Part shown: positions 26,538 through 35,640 of the stretch, in pieces
How positions within the stretch are numbered: the stretch's first letter is position 1
Layout of the letters: the number at the start of each line of letters is the position of its first letter
Assembly: GCA_903928915.1 (NCBI GenBank)
Contig: CAIYSL010000068.1
Coordinates: 17,005-81,004, forward strand
DNA from: an uncultured Syntrophobacterales bacterium
GTDB lineage: Bacteria > Desulfobacterota > Syntrophia > Syntrophales > UBA5619
DNA: 64,000 nt
Direction of reading: 5' to 3'
The notes under the pieces: generated by a model
Told to the model about the DNA's origin: nothing
Database searches by the model: none
What the model saw: only the letters and a program-made list of their open reading frames with translations
Translations under genes and position numbers: made by a program

Positions 26538-27832
26538 GTGAGTGCAACAAATGTCGAAACCGTAAGAGGAAAGGGCGCCTTTCCCCATATCCGAAAACTG
26601 GATGGGGGCCGCGCTATCAGCAAAAGACATGCATTGACCACGGTGACCGTATGCGTTCTTGTCCTCGCGCTCGCAATGGCTGGCTGCAATGGTGGCGGAA
26701 ACCAGTCGATCCTCATGGAAAGCGGTCCACGGGTTGGAATGGTCACCACCACCGACGCGGTCATCTCCTGGGACCTCCAATCTTCGTCCCATAGTGCTGT
26801 CAACTACCGGGTTGCAGGGGAACGTGAATTCACCGGCAAGGTTCTGTCGAGCAAGGACACGAAACACCACAGTGTCAAAATCACCAACCTGAGGCCCGGC
26901 ACGGTGCATGAGTTTCAGGTCGACGGGCATCCGACGGTAGGGTCGTTCAGGACTGCGACGACGGATGAGACGCCGTTCGTTTTTGTTTCCATGGCGGATA
27001 ACCGCGGGCAATCCGACCAGGATGATATAAAAGGGCTGCCTCAGTCATTGATCAACATCATCAATGATGCCGTCAAAAGGAGCCCGGTATTTGCCGTGAA
27101 CGCCGGTGATCTCTTCTACGGGAAGAACCCCGACAGCGGCATATTTGAAAAGCTCTATCTCTCCTTCAAGAATGCCATCCAGCCGCTGGCACTAAAAACA
27201 TCCTATCTCATCTCTCCGGGGAACCACGAGATGTCTCCCTTTAAATCATCGACGGATCCCGTAGGGTTCGACGCGGCTGCACTCTTCAACGAGAAATTTC
27301 CACAGCCCGGACCGCTTCCCGGCTACGAAGGATTTGTGTTTTCCTGGGACTGGGGCAAAGTGCACTTTGTTTCCATCGCCACAAACCACTTCGACGCGAA
27401 ATTGCCCCCCCCCACTATGGCATGTACCGCATCAGCGACGCGCAAATTGCATGGCTTGATGCCGACCTGCAGAGCGCCAAGAGCAGGGGATCGCTATTCA
27501 TAATCGTGTTCGGCCACTCGAATGCCTACTCAAAACCGTCATGGCCCGATCCTACTCTTGCTGATCTGAACAACACCGACCCTCTCCAGCGAGACAAGTT
27601 CTGGGCGGTTCTCGTTAAGCATAATGCGGATATTTACGTCTGCGGACACCGCCACTTCTTTGATGATTCAATTACAAAGGATGGAGTTGTGCAGTGGATG
27701 AACGGCAACAGCGGTTCCGTTGTCGGAGGCCCCAATCAGTATACCGTATGGACGGTCAACGGCAGCGCCATCACGGCGGAGCTTGTAGACGACACGGGAA
27801 AAACGACCTATACGAGAACGTTCACGAAGTAG
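26538..27832 (+). pseudogene. purple-acid-phosphatase-like metallophosphoesterase lipoprotein, frameshifted at a C9 tract (27405-27413)
   Basis: Lipobox LALAMAGC and an FN3-like N domain. Motifs I-III (SMADNRG, NAGDLFYG, SPGNHE) lie in frame 0. Motifs IV-V (VFGHSNAY, VCGHRHFF) lie in frame 2, in the 27422-27832 ORF. Ten or seven C residues would join the two parts as ...KLPPPHYGMYRISDAQIAWL... Confidence 0.75.
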
Positions 27833-27903
27833 CAGAAAAGACATATGTCATGAACACGGCCGATGTGCGTGTTCAGGGAGAAATTCCTGGAAAGGGGATT
27901 ACA

Positions 27904-29520
27904 ATGGGAAAAAAGAGTTTGCGGATTTGCGTATCGATGGTTTTCATCTTCATACTGGCGTTTTCCGGATGGCAGATACTTGTGGGGTGCAGCAACAAAA
28001 CCGAGGCTACTCCTCTGACAACGATTGCCCCCCCTGCCTATTCTCCCGTTACCCTACCGGATTCCGTGAAGATGGGCCCCTGGCTCGTGTCTTACGGAGA
28101 TCCCCAGGCAATGCTGATCAGGGTTGCACTCTACAAGGACTGTTCCCACGATGCTATGACCGATGGATCTGTATCGGTCTACGATCTTGCGGGAAAAGAG
28201 GTAACCGGCTCTCCATTCAAGCTGGCGCCTTTCAAAACAGCCGAACAGATGGAGAACGGCAAGTTCGTAAGATTTGGACAGTATCCTCCCCACTGGGACA
28301 ATAGCTCCAATGACATTGCCACTCCCTGGTGGGTCCATCTGCTCGAGGCTCAAATAACCGATCTTTCTCCGGCGACTACCTATACCTATGTGATACGTCA
28401 TTCGGTTCTGAGTTCTCCCGGGACAATTACCGCCTCCTTCAAGACAGCGCCTCCGGCGGGCAGCACGAACAATGTGGTCTTTTACGCCTATGGTGACAAT
28501 CGTACATGGCATAACAAGACGTATGGTGAATCACAATTTCCAAAAGTGGAAGAGACGATGGTTGATGACATGGCAGACAGGAGCTTCGTGATTCATGTCG
28601 GGGACGCATCGAACCTTGGCTGGTGGCTTAATTACATGCCCGATGAGCTCCAGTTGGGTTGGCAGGCAGAGTATCTCCGCAGCTCCAATGATAAGGAGTG
28701 GCAAAAGCACGTGTGGTTGAGGGCCAATTATCCGACGTTTATGAGCGTCGGAAACCACGAATTGAAACGAAAAACCGGTGTTACTCAATTTTACCCCGAG
28801 GATCATGCGATGTACGATTTCATCATGGGGAATTTCTCGCGGTATAAAAAGGAAAACACGTTGTTTTTTACCTATGGCAGCGAAAATCCGTTCTCGAGCG
28901 ACCTGACCTACGAAGGCACGTTTGACAGCCAGACCTATATGACAGACTGGGGCGATCTTCGCATCATCAACTTGAACACCTATTTCTGTTTTACCGACAG
29001 TGATCTGACTAATCTGAAAAGCAAACTGAAACTGTGGGTCACCGGGAGAAAGGCGGCGGGAAAGCCCACCATCCTTGTGCTGCACTCTCCCATCTTCTGG
29101 AATGAAAACGTCGTTCAGACCGGGGATAAGCTTGATTCACAGACTACGATACGGGATCAAATCATCCCCATCATCCAGGATGATGTAAACCTGGTCTTAT
29201 CGGGGCATACGCATATTACGACACGAACCAAAGAAATATATTACGAAAAAGACAAAACGATCACGATTGGCGCTGGAAAGGGGCCCGTCTATTACATCAT
29301 TGGAACCGGCGGCGCTCAGGATATGACGAAACCGAAACCGACAGCGACCCAATATTCCGATGTATTGACGAAAACGGGTGAGAAATCCTTGAGTGATTAT
29401 GCCTGGGCGAAATTCACCGTGGACTATGCCGCAGGTAAAATAATCGGCGACATAAAGAGCGGGAATCTGGAAAATAGTCCACGGGAATTGATGGACCATT
29501 ATGAGATTCCCTTTAAGTAA
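27904..29520 (+). CDS. metallophosphoesterase lipoprotein (purple-acid-phosphatase-like)
   Basis: ATG at 27904, lipobox ILVGCS. Motifs AYGDNR, HVGDASN, SVGNHE, LVLHSP, SGHTHI. Confidence 0.8.
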   Translation: MGKKSLRICVSMVFIFILAFSGWQILVGCSNKTEATPLTTIAPPAYSPVTLPDSVKMGPWLVSYGDPQAMLIRVALYKDCSHDAMTDGSVSVYDLAGKEVTGSPFKLAPFKTAEQMENGKFVRFGQYPPHWDNSSNDIATPWWVHLLEAQITDLSPATTYTYVIRHSVLSSPGTITASFKTAPPAGSTNNVVFYAYGDNRTWHNKTYGESQFPKVEETMVDDMADRSFVIHVGDASNLGWWLNYMPDELQLGWQAEYLRSSNDKEWQKHVWLRANYPTFMSVGNHELKRKTGVTQFYPEDHAMYDFIMGNFSRYKKENTLFFTYGSENPFSSDLTYEGTFDSQTYMTDWGDLRIINLNTYFCFTDSDLTNLKSKLKLWVTGRKAAGKPTILVLHSPIFWNENVVQTGDKLDSQTTIRDQIIPIIQDDVNLVLSGHTHITTRTKEIYYEKDKTITIGAGKGPVYYIIGTGGAQDMTKPKPTATQYSDVLTKTGEKSLSDYAWAKFTVDYAAGKIIGDIKSGNLENSPRELMDHYEIPFK

Positions 29521-29681
29521 TATTCATGAACCGGTTTGCAGCCTGATCGTGACCCTCGGCAGAGAGACACGTTATGGGCTGTTCTCACGAATTTAAGCCG
29601 CCGTGCGCGATTCCCGTGGATGTTGCCTCCCGGCGTGCGTTCGGAGGATGGGATCCCGGTAACACAAAAATGTAAGGAGCA

Positions 29682-30704
29682 TTGAAGGTGAACGTAAAAA
29701 GAATTCAAGCGTTAACGATTGCACTTTGGGTGAGTCTTACCCTTGTCGCATGTGGAGGGCAAAATTCAGCTTCGGCGCCGCAAGCTGCCGATTACTCGCA
29801 GGCCGCGCATTGGTTGTCTCTACCTGCTCCGGTCAAGGCAGTGGATGTCTTTTACCTTTATCCGACCGCCTGGTAAAAGGTTAATGCCGGCGATCCAAAC
29901 ATTTGCGACATCGACAACCCGTCCATGCTGGCCGGTTCAGCATCGGCCTTCACGCGAACGGCAACCGCCTTTGAAACCGTTGCCAACATTTATGCGCCGT
30001 ACTACAGACAAGCAGATGCGACATATGTCTTGAAATTGCCTTTGAAAGAGCACGACGCAGTTATCGCAGGCATGCCGACATTAGATGCAGTTGCTGCCTT
30101 CGACTACTATATCAAGAACTTCAACAAGGGCCGTCCGTTTATATTAGCCGGTCACTCGCAGGGATCAAACGTGTTGATTAACCTTCTTGCCGGATATCTG
30201 AAAGATAACCCCGAAGTGTATAAGAGAATGATTGCTGCCTATGTTATCGGCTATCCGGTGACGGCTCAGTATATTGCTGATAATCCGCACGTGATATTTG
30301 CCGAAGGTCCTGATGACACGGGGGTGATCATTTCCTATAACACGCAGGCGCCTGATGTTGTTCCGGGTGTCAATCCGGTCCTGTCAGGATTGATAGGTCT
30401 TGTGATCAATCCGATTACCTGGACGAGAACCGAGACAACGGCGGCCAAGGATGATCCTGCAGCTCTGGGGTCATTAATGCCAAATGGGTCAAGAGTATTT
30501 GTTGCGGTGCCTCAGTACGCTGATGCCAAAGTCGATATTGCCAACGGCGTGTTGGTCTGCACGACTGCTGACGAAAATGGATTATATGAATTAACCCAGC
30601 ATGCCATGCCGAGGGGCGTTTACCATAGCTTTGATCATCCTTTTTATTATTTTAATCTTCGGGAAAATGCTCAAAACAGAGCCAACAGGTACTTGGGAAA
30701 ATAG
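29682..30704 (+). pseudogene. DUF3089-type alpha/beta hydrolase lipoprotein interrupted by an in-frame TAA (29874-29876)
   Basis: The two track ORFs (29682-29876 and 29925-30704) share a frame and are separated only by one TAA. Read through, the sequence is VDVFYLYPTAW*KVNAGDPNICDID...YAPYYRQAD...FILAGHSQGS, which matches DUF3089 hallmarks. Lipobox LTLVACG. Confidence 0.7.
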
Positions 30705-30802
30705 AAGAGACAAAATCAAAGTCAGTCCGAACGTTACCCGATAGCTTCCGATGTTTTACGGTGTGCCGGAAGATGATCGACCCTGGCTCGAAACCAGGAT
30801 GA

Positions 30803-31630
30803 TCAAAGGGGAGCGAGATCCTTTAGCGCAGCGATGAGTGCTGCGGGGTCGTCGAATACCGGTCCGGCAGCGGTGGCTTTTGGTCGGCTGAGGACGATGA
30901 CCCGGCAATCAGCGTGGCGCGCCGCGGCGAGTTTGGCGTCGAAGCCGCCGGCCAGGCCGCTCTCCTTGGTGACGATCACCCCGATCCCGAACCGCCGGAT
31001 GGCGGCGAGGTTTTCCCCGAGCGCGAAGGGGCCGCGCCCGGCGATGATCTGGTCTTCGGCGATCCCCGCTGCCCGGCAGGCGGCCAGCGACTCCGGGGCG
31101 TCGAGGACGCGGACGGCGAAAAGGATGCCGGTCCGGCGGGCGGCCTCAGTGTAAGGGACGAGGTTCCGCGAGCCGGTAGTGATCAGGACGGGGCGGCCGT
31201 CGGCGAAGGCGAGGGCCGCGGCCTCGCGGTGGTCGGCGGCGAAACGGACCGGTGTGCCTGGGGATTCGGGGCTGCCGGAAGGGCTGTCGGCGGGACGGGA
31301 TTCGCTGTCCCGGCTCTCCGGGGGCAGCGCCTCGGGACGGTGGAGCCTGAGGCAGGGGATTCCCCGCAGTTTTGCCGCGTTCTGCGCGGCCTCATGGACG
31401 GTGGCGGCGTAAGGGTGGGCGGCGTCGACGATCGCCCGGATCTGCCGTGCCGTGACGAGGTCGACGAGCCCCGCTTCGTCGAGACGTCCCGTCCGGCGGC
31501 GGATCCGGGGGTGCTCCCCGATCGCCAGCGGGGCATCCGTCGCCGTCGAGACGAGGATGTCGTAACCCGCCGCGGCGAGGCCGAAGGCGAGGGGGGCGGT
31601 TTCGCTCGTCCCGCCGATGAGGAGGATCAT
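30803..31630 (-). CDS. cbiJ: cobalt-precorrin-6A reductase
   Basis: MILLIGGTSE, AIVDAAHPYA, ITTGS and VTKESG are CbiJ/CobK hallmarks. Contains a Ser/Pro-rich insertion. Confidence 0.85.
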   Translation of the reverse strand: MILLIGGTSETAPLAFGLAAAGYDILVSTATDAPLAIGEHPRIRRRTGRLDEAGLVDLVTARQIRAIVDAAHPYAATVHEAAQNAAKLRGIPCLRLHRPEALPPESRDSESRPADSPSGSPESPGTPVRFAADHREAAALAFADGRPVLITTGSRNLVPYTEAARRTGILFAVRVLDAPESLAACRAAGIAEDQIIAGRGPFALGENLAAIRRFGIGVIVTKESGLAGGFDAKLAAARHADCRVIVLSRPKATAAGPVFDDPAALIAALKDLAPL

Positions 31631-31688
31631 ACCCCATACCCCCTTCGTGCAAAATCAATGCGGTGATGCGCTCGGGGCGGCTGAGCCG

Positions 31689-32462
31689 TCATACCCCGTA
31701 CCCCCGGGGCGTGACGAACCAGTCGCCGATCCGCTTCGTAGTTGTGTTGCCCACGATCACGATGCTCCGCATGGTGATCGGGAGCTCCAGGAAGCTCTCC
31801 AGGTCGGACAGGAGGATCTGTTCCTCCGGCGATCCCAGGGCGGTTCCCACCCCCACGGGGGTCGTCCCCGGGCGGTGGCGGCGGAAGATGGCCGCTGCCT
31901 CGGCGAGTTGCCGGGTGCGTTTCTGCGACCGGGGGTTGTACAGGGCGACCACGAGGTCGGCCGCCGCTACCGCCTCCAGCCGCACCCGGATCTGCTCCCA
32001 GGGGACGAGCAGGTCGCTCAGGCTGATCACGGCGAAGTCGCAGACGAGCGGCGCGCCGAGGCGGGCGGCGAGGGAGGATGCGGCGGTGACGCCCGGGCAG
32101 ATCTCGACGGGGAGGGCGATTCCCCCGGAGGCGATCAGCTCCAGGACGAGCCCGGCCATCCCGTAGACCCCCGGATCGCCCGAGGAGACCACCGCGACGG
32201 TCTTTCCCGCCCGAGCCCGCTCGATCGCCAGGCGGCAGCGCTCCTCCTCGCGGGTCATCCCCGTGGCGATCACCTCCTTGCCCGCGGTGAGGTCCTCCAC
32301 GAGCTCCAGGTAGCGGGTGTAGCCCACGACGCAGTCGCTCTGGGCGATCGCCTCTACCGCCCGGCGGGTCCGGTCCCGGGGGCCCCCCGGACCGATTCCG
32401 ACCACCAACAGCTTGCCTTGCAGGCTCCGATCCTCGTTCTGGCGCGTCTTACCGTTCTGCAA
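31689..32462 (-). CDS. cbiH: cobalt-factor III / precorrin-3B C17-methyltransferase
   Basis: LLVVGIGPGG...VVGYTRYLELV...VVSSGDPGVYGMAG, a TP_methylase fold of CbiH type. Confidence 0.9.
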   Translation of the reverse strand: MQNGKTRQNEDRSLQGKLLVVGIGPGGPRDRTRRAVEAIAQSDCVVGYTRYLELVEDLTAGKEVIATGMTREEERCRLAIERARAGKTVAVVSSGDPGVYGMAGLVLELIASGGIALPVEICPGVTAASSLAARLGAPLVCDFAVISLSDLLVPWEQIRVRLEAVAAADLVVALYNPRSQKRTRQLAEAAAIFRRHRPGTTPVGVGTALGSPEEQILLSDLESFLELPITMRSIVIVGNTTTKRIGDWFVTPRGYGV

Positions 32463-32507
32463 ATCTCTCGGGTCCTCCTTCCCGCAGTTGGTGTCGCCGC
32501 AGCGGTG

Positions 32508-33452
32508 TCACTCGGCAGACTGCCGGTCGGTCCGGGGGGCGGCGGCTGCCGGTGCGCCGCTTGCCCCGCCGTCCCGGGCGATGGTTGCCAGCGCGATGCC
32601 GCTGAAGATCAGCCCCGCGCCGGCCAGATGAAACAGACTCAGCCGCTCGCCGAGAAACGTCACGGCGAGCAGGACGCCGAACAGCGGCACCAGGTACAGG
32701 AACAACCCGGCGCGGTTGGCGCCGATGAGCTGCACCCCGCGGTTCCAGAACAGGTAGGAGAGGATCGACGGAAACACCGCGAAGTACGCGATCCCGGCGA
32801 GTGTCCTCCCGTTCCATACGGCCGTCCGTCCGCTCGCCAGCTCGAGAAGGTACAGCGGCAGCATCAGCAGCGCGATGCCGGCGACGACCGTGGCGCCGAG
32901 GAAGGCCCGGGTGTCGATGCCGGCGGGCCGCCACCGCAGGAGCACCGTGTACAGGGCCCAGGTCAGGGCGCCGCCCACCAGGAGGAGATCCCCCTGATTG
33001 AAATCCAGCCGCAGCAGCACCGCCGGATCGCCGCGCCCGACGATCCCGACGATCCCCGCCAGGGACAGCAGTATGCCGGCCGCCTGCCTGCCGGTCATCT
33101 GCACGCCGAACAGCGCCCGGCCGATGACCACGATCAAAAGCGGCGTGATCGAGTTGATCAGCACGCCGTTGGTGGCCGTGGTGCTCTGGAGTGCCGCGTA
33201 CAGAAAGGTGTTGTAACAGCCCACCCCCAGCACGCCGAGGATCGCCAGGCGCAGCCAGTGGGCGGCGATCAGGACGCGCTGCTCGTACATCGGCCGCAGG
33301 ATGAAGGGCATCAGCAGCAGCAGGGCCAATACCCAGCGCCAGAGGGCCATCGCTGCCGGCGGCAGCAGCGTGTGGAGCGCGCGCGCCACCACGGCGTTTC
33401 CCGCCCAGAACAGCGCGGTCAGTGTCAAGAGCAGATAGGGCGATGGATTCAT
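32508..33452 (-). CDS. DMT-superfamily (EamA) permease embedded in the cob cluster
   Basis: ATG at 33452 (MNPSPYLLLTLTALFWAGNAV). Ten TM segments as two EamA halves. G+C content resembles the surrounding operon. The track start at 33692 is a spurious extension. Confidence 0.85.
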   Translation of the reverse strand: MNPSPYLLLTLTALFWAGNAVVARALHTLLPPAAMALWRWVLALLLLMPFILRPMYEQRVLIAAHWLRLAILGVLGVGCYNTFLYAALQSTTATNGVLINSITPLLIVVIGRALFGVQMTGRQAAGILLSLAGIVGIVGRGDPAVLLRLDFNQGDLLLVGGALTWALYTVLLRWRPAGIDTRAFLGATVVAGIALLMLPLYLLELASGRTAVWNGRTLAGIAYFAVFPSILSYLFWNRGVQLIGANRAGLFLYLVPLFGVLLAVTFLGERLSLFHLAGAGLIFSGIALATIARDGGASGAPAAAAPRTDRQSAE

Positions 33453-33501
33453 CGGCCGCCACCGCCCCCTTCCGCCGTACGGGACCGAGCGTCCTGCATA
33501 C

Positions 33502-34440
33502 TCATCGCTCCGGGTCCGCGGTCTTGGAATGCGGGACCGGGGAAGGCGATTCCGGCTGGGGGATATCCTCCCGGGCAAGGGCGATCGTGATTCCGCGGTA
33601 GGATTTCTTCCTGCGGATGAACCGCGTCCTCGTTCCCGCCAGGAGCGCCGCCGGTTCGGCCACGGCGGGCAGGTCCACCTTCTCTTCCACAAAATTCGAG
33701 TGCGAGAAATCGCGCAGCGAGGCGCGGATATCCGCCCCCGGGATGAAGCGGAGCGGGATGCCGAGCCGCTCTGCCGCGGCGATCAGTCCCGGCTCGTTCG
33801 CCTTGACCTCGGCCGAGGCGAGGAGACGTACCTCGACGAGGGGCACGCCCGCTTCGGCGAGGGCGGCTTCGATTGCGGCGGTGATCTGCTCCGCAGGGGT
33901 GCCGCGGCGGCAGCCGATCCCGACGATCACGCTCTTGAGCGCCTCGGTCGTGGTCGTGATGACCGGCTCCGCCCCGAGGATGTTCGCCACGCGGATTGCA
34001 AGGGCGTTGGCCCCCCCCTCGTGGCCGGCCAGGAGGCTCAACGCCCAGCGGCCCCCTGCGTCCAGGACGACCACGGCCGGGTCCTCGTACTTGCTGCGGA
34101 TGAGCGGGGCGATCGCCCGGACGACCACCCCCGCCGGGGCGGCATAGACGAGTCCCCGGCAGAGGGGGAACAGCGTCGCGGTGAGGTCGGCGATCTTCGT
34201 AAAGCGTTCCGCATTCGTACATCCTGTAGCCCCCCGATCCGGCTGCTTCGATGCCCTCGGTTGTGGTGCTGTCGGCCCCTGTCGCAAAGCAAGGTTCCTG
34301 TCCGTCTCCTCTTGTTGCGGGTTGTACCGTACCGAGTCGTGCAGGTACAGGCGGGTCTCCGGAAGGGCGGTGAGGAGCGGCGCCAGGAGCCTCGCCCCGG
34401 CGTCGGAAAGGGTGATGAGTGCAATCGTCGGCGCGTTCAC
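33502..34440 (-). CDS. cbiG: cobalt-precorrin-5A hydrolase
   Basis: The GTG at 34440 overlaps the cbiF stop (GTGA). CbiG N, middle and C domains are present (VVLDAGGRWALSLLAGHEGGAN; VIVGIGCRRG; VAEPAALLA). Confidence 0.85.
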   Translation of the reverse strand: MNAPTIALITLSDAGARLLAPLLTALPETRLYLHDSVRYNPQQEETDRNLALRQGPTAPQPRASKQPDRGATGCTNAERFTKIADLTATLFPLCRGLVYAAPAGVVVRAIAPLIRSKYEDPAVVVLDAGGRWALSLLAGHEGGANALAIRVANILGAEPVITTTTEALKSVIVGIGCRRGTPAEQITAAIEAALAEAGVPLVEVRLLASAEVKANEPGLIAAAERLGIPLRFIPGADIRASLRDFSHSNFVEEKVDLPAVAEPAALLAGTRTRFIRRKKSYRGITIALAREDIPQPESPSPVPHSKTADPER

Positions 34441-35195
34441 GGCTTCTTCGCCTCCCGGTAACCGTGGGAGAAGGCCGCGTCGTACAACTTCGAGCCGGGG
34501 ACGTCGCGGCCCAGCGCCCTGCCCACGAGGATGAGGGCTGTGGAGCGGATCCGATCGGGATCGGTCTTGGCGGCGATGTCGGCGAGTGTCCCCAGGATCA
34601 CCTTTTCCTCGGGCCAAGAGGCGCGGTGGACCACGGCCGTCGGGCAGTCCTCCCCGTAGTGGACGGCGAGGGTCGCGGCCACATCCCGGAGCTTGTCCAC
34701 GGACAGGAAGATGCAGAGGGTGGCCTGGGTCCGGGCAAGGTTCTCGAGCGCCTGTGGCTCGGGCAGCGGCGTCCTGCCCGCGGTCCGGGTGAGAATGACC
34801 GTCTGGCTGACCTCCGGGGCGGTCAGTTCGGTCTTGAGCGCCGCCGCCGCGGCCTGGAAGGAGCTCACCCCCGGGCAGACATCGTAGGGGATGCCGAGAG
34901 CGTCGAGGCTGTTCATCTGCTCGCGGATCGCCCCGTAGATCGAGGGGTCCCCGGAGTGGAGGCGGACCACGTCGATCCTTCGCTCCTGGGCGTCTTTGTA
35001 GACGGCGACCACCTCCTCGTGCGACATCCGCGCCGAGTCGTGGCGCTCTGCATCAGCCGGGACGAGGGCCATGACGCTCGGGCTCACCAGCGACCCGGCG
35101 TACACGCAGATCCGGCAGGCGGAAAGCAGCCGCGCCGCCTTCAGCGTCAGGAGCTCAGGGTCACCGGGCCCCGCGCCGACGAAATGGACGATCAT
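34437..35195 (-). CDS. cbiF: cobalt-precorrin-4 C11-methyltransferase
   Basis: MIVHFVGAGPGDPELLTLKAARLL...RLHSGDPSIYGA. Confidence 0.9.
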   Translation of the reverse strand: MIVHFVGAGPGDPELLTLKAARLLSACRICVYAGSLVSPSVMALVPADAERHDSARMSHEEVVAVYKDAQERRIDVVRLHSGDPSIYGAIREQMNSLDALGIPYDVCPGVSSFQAAAAALKTELTAPEVSQTVILTRTAGRTPLPEPQALENLARTQATLCIFLSVDKLRDVAATLAVHYGEDCPTAVVHRASWPEEKVILGTLADIAAKTDPDRIRSTALILVGRALGRDVPGSKLYDAAFSHGYREAKKP

Positions 35196-35302
35196 CTTGT
35201 TCTCTCCTTCGATAACCCTGCGATGAGGTGTTTCACCGGCGCCATGCCTGAATGCCGGAGTCTGGTACCGAACCGCGTGCCGGATCAGATCCGCCGGGAG
35301 GT

Positions 35303-35638
35303 TTATTCCGGGGAAGGTCCGACAATGATTTCAATAGCGTCCGAAGCGACTTCCCTTACATCACCCGTAGCGCGTATAGTGTAGCCCGGTGGAAAATAGG
35401 GCATGCCTTTTTCGTTATGGCTGACCGAGGTTGTCGGGTACATGCCGCAGATTGATACCTTACCCGTTTTCTTCAGTTGGGCGTAGAAAGGCTTTGCGAT
35501 CATCGTTCGAAAATATAACCCTTCGTCGTCGCAGGCAAACAGGTGCGCGATGCGTGTTTGGGGGACGTCATCGTCGATGGTAGCGAAGGTAAGACACCCG
35601 ATTTTATCAAATCTATCGTAAATATCTGCGATAGTCAT
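35303..35638 (-). CDS. short PNPOx-like (FMN-binding split-barrel) protein, lower G+C than the operon, possibly truncated
   Basis: 111 aa (FDKIGCLTFATIDDDVPQTRIAHLFACDDEGLYFRT). The start lies 2 nt after the cbiL stop. Lines 35401 and 35581 count 52 % and 38 % G+C. Confidence 0.55.
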   Translation of the reverse strand: MTIADIYDRFDKIGCLTFATIDDDVPQTRIAHLFACDDEGLYFRTMIAKPFYAQLKKTGKVSICGMYPTTSVSHNEKGMPYFPPGYTIRATGDVREVASDAIEIIVGPSPE

Positions 35639-35640
35639 GG

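Larger units (their letters stand above)
19945..30790. other. lower-G+C genomic island encoding mainly exported phosphoesterases and a nuclease; no mobility genes
   Basis: Hand counts of single 60-nt lines give 40-57 % G+C inside (lines 22561, 25081, 21001) against about 80 % at line 31201. Eight genes, all on the plus strand, each with Tat, lipoprotein, Sec or TM signals. Confidence 0.6.

Noticed and set aside
19945-30790. Integrative or mobile element interpretation of the low-G+C island
   Set aside because: No integrase, transposase, conjugation gene, tRNA target or flanking direct repeats could be found by eye. It is reported only as a compositional island.
30760-30802. Hairpin CCTGG-CTCGAAA-CCAGG flanked by GATGATC repeats just past the cbiJ stop, considered as the operon terminator or an att-like site
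   Set aside because: The stem is only 5 bp and has no U-tract on the minus strand. No matching copy occurs at the left island border. The evidence is too weak to annotate.
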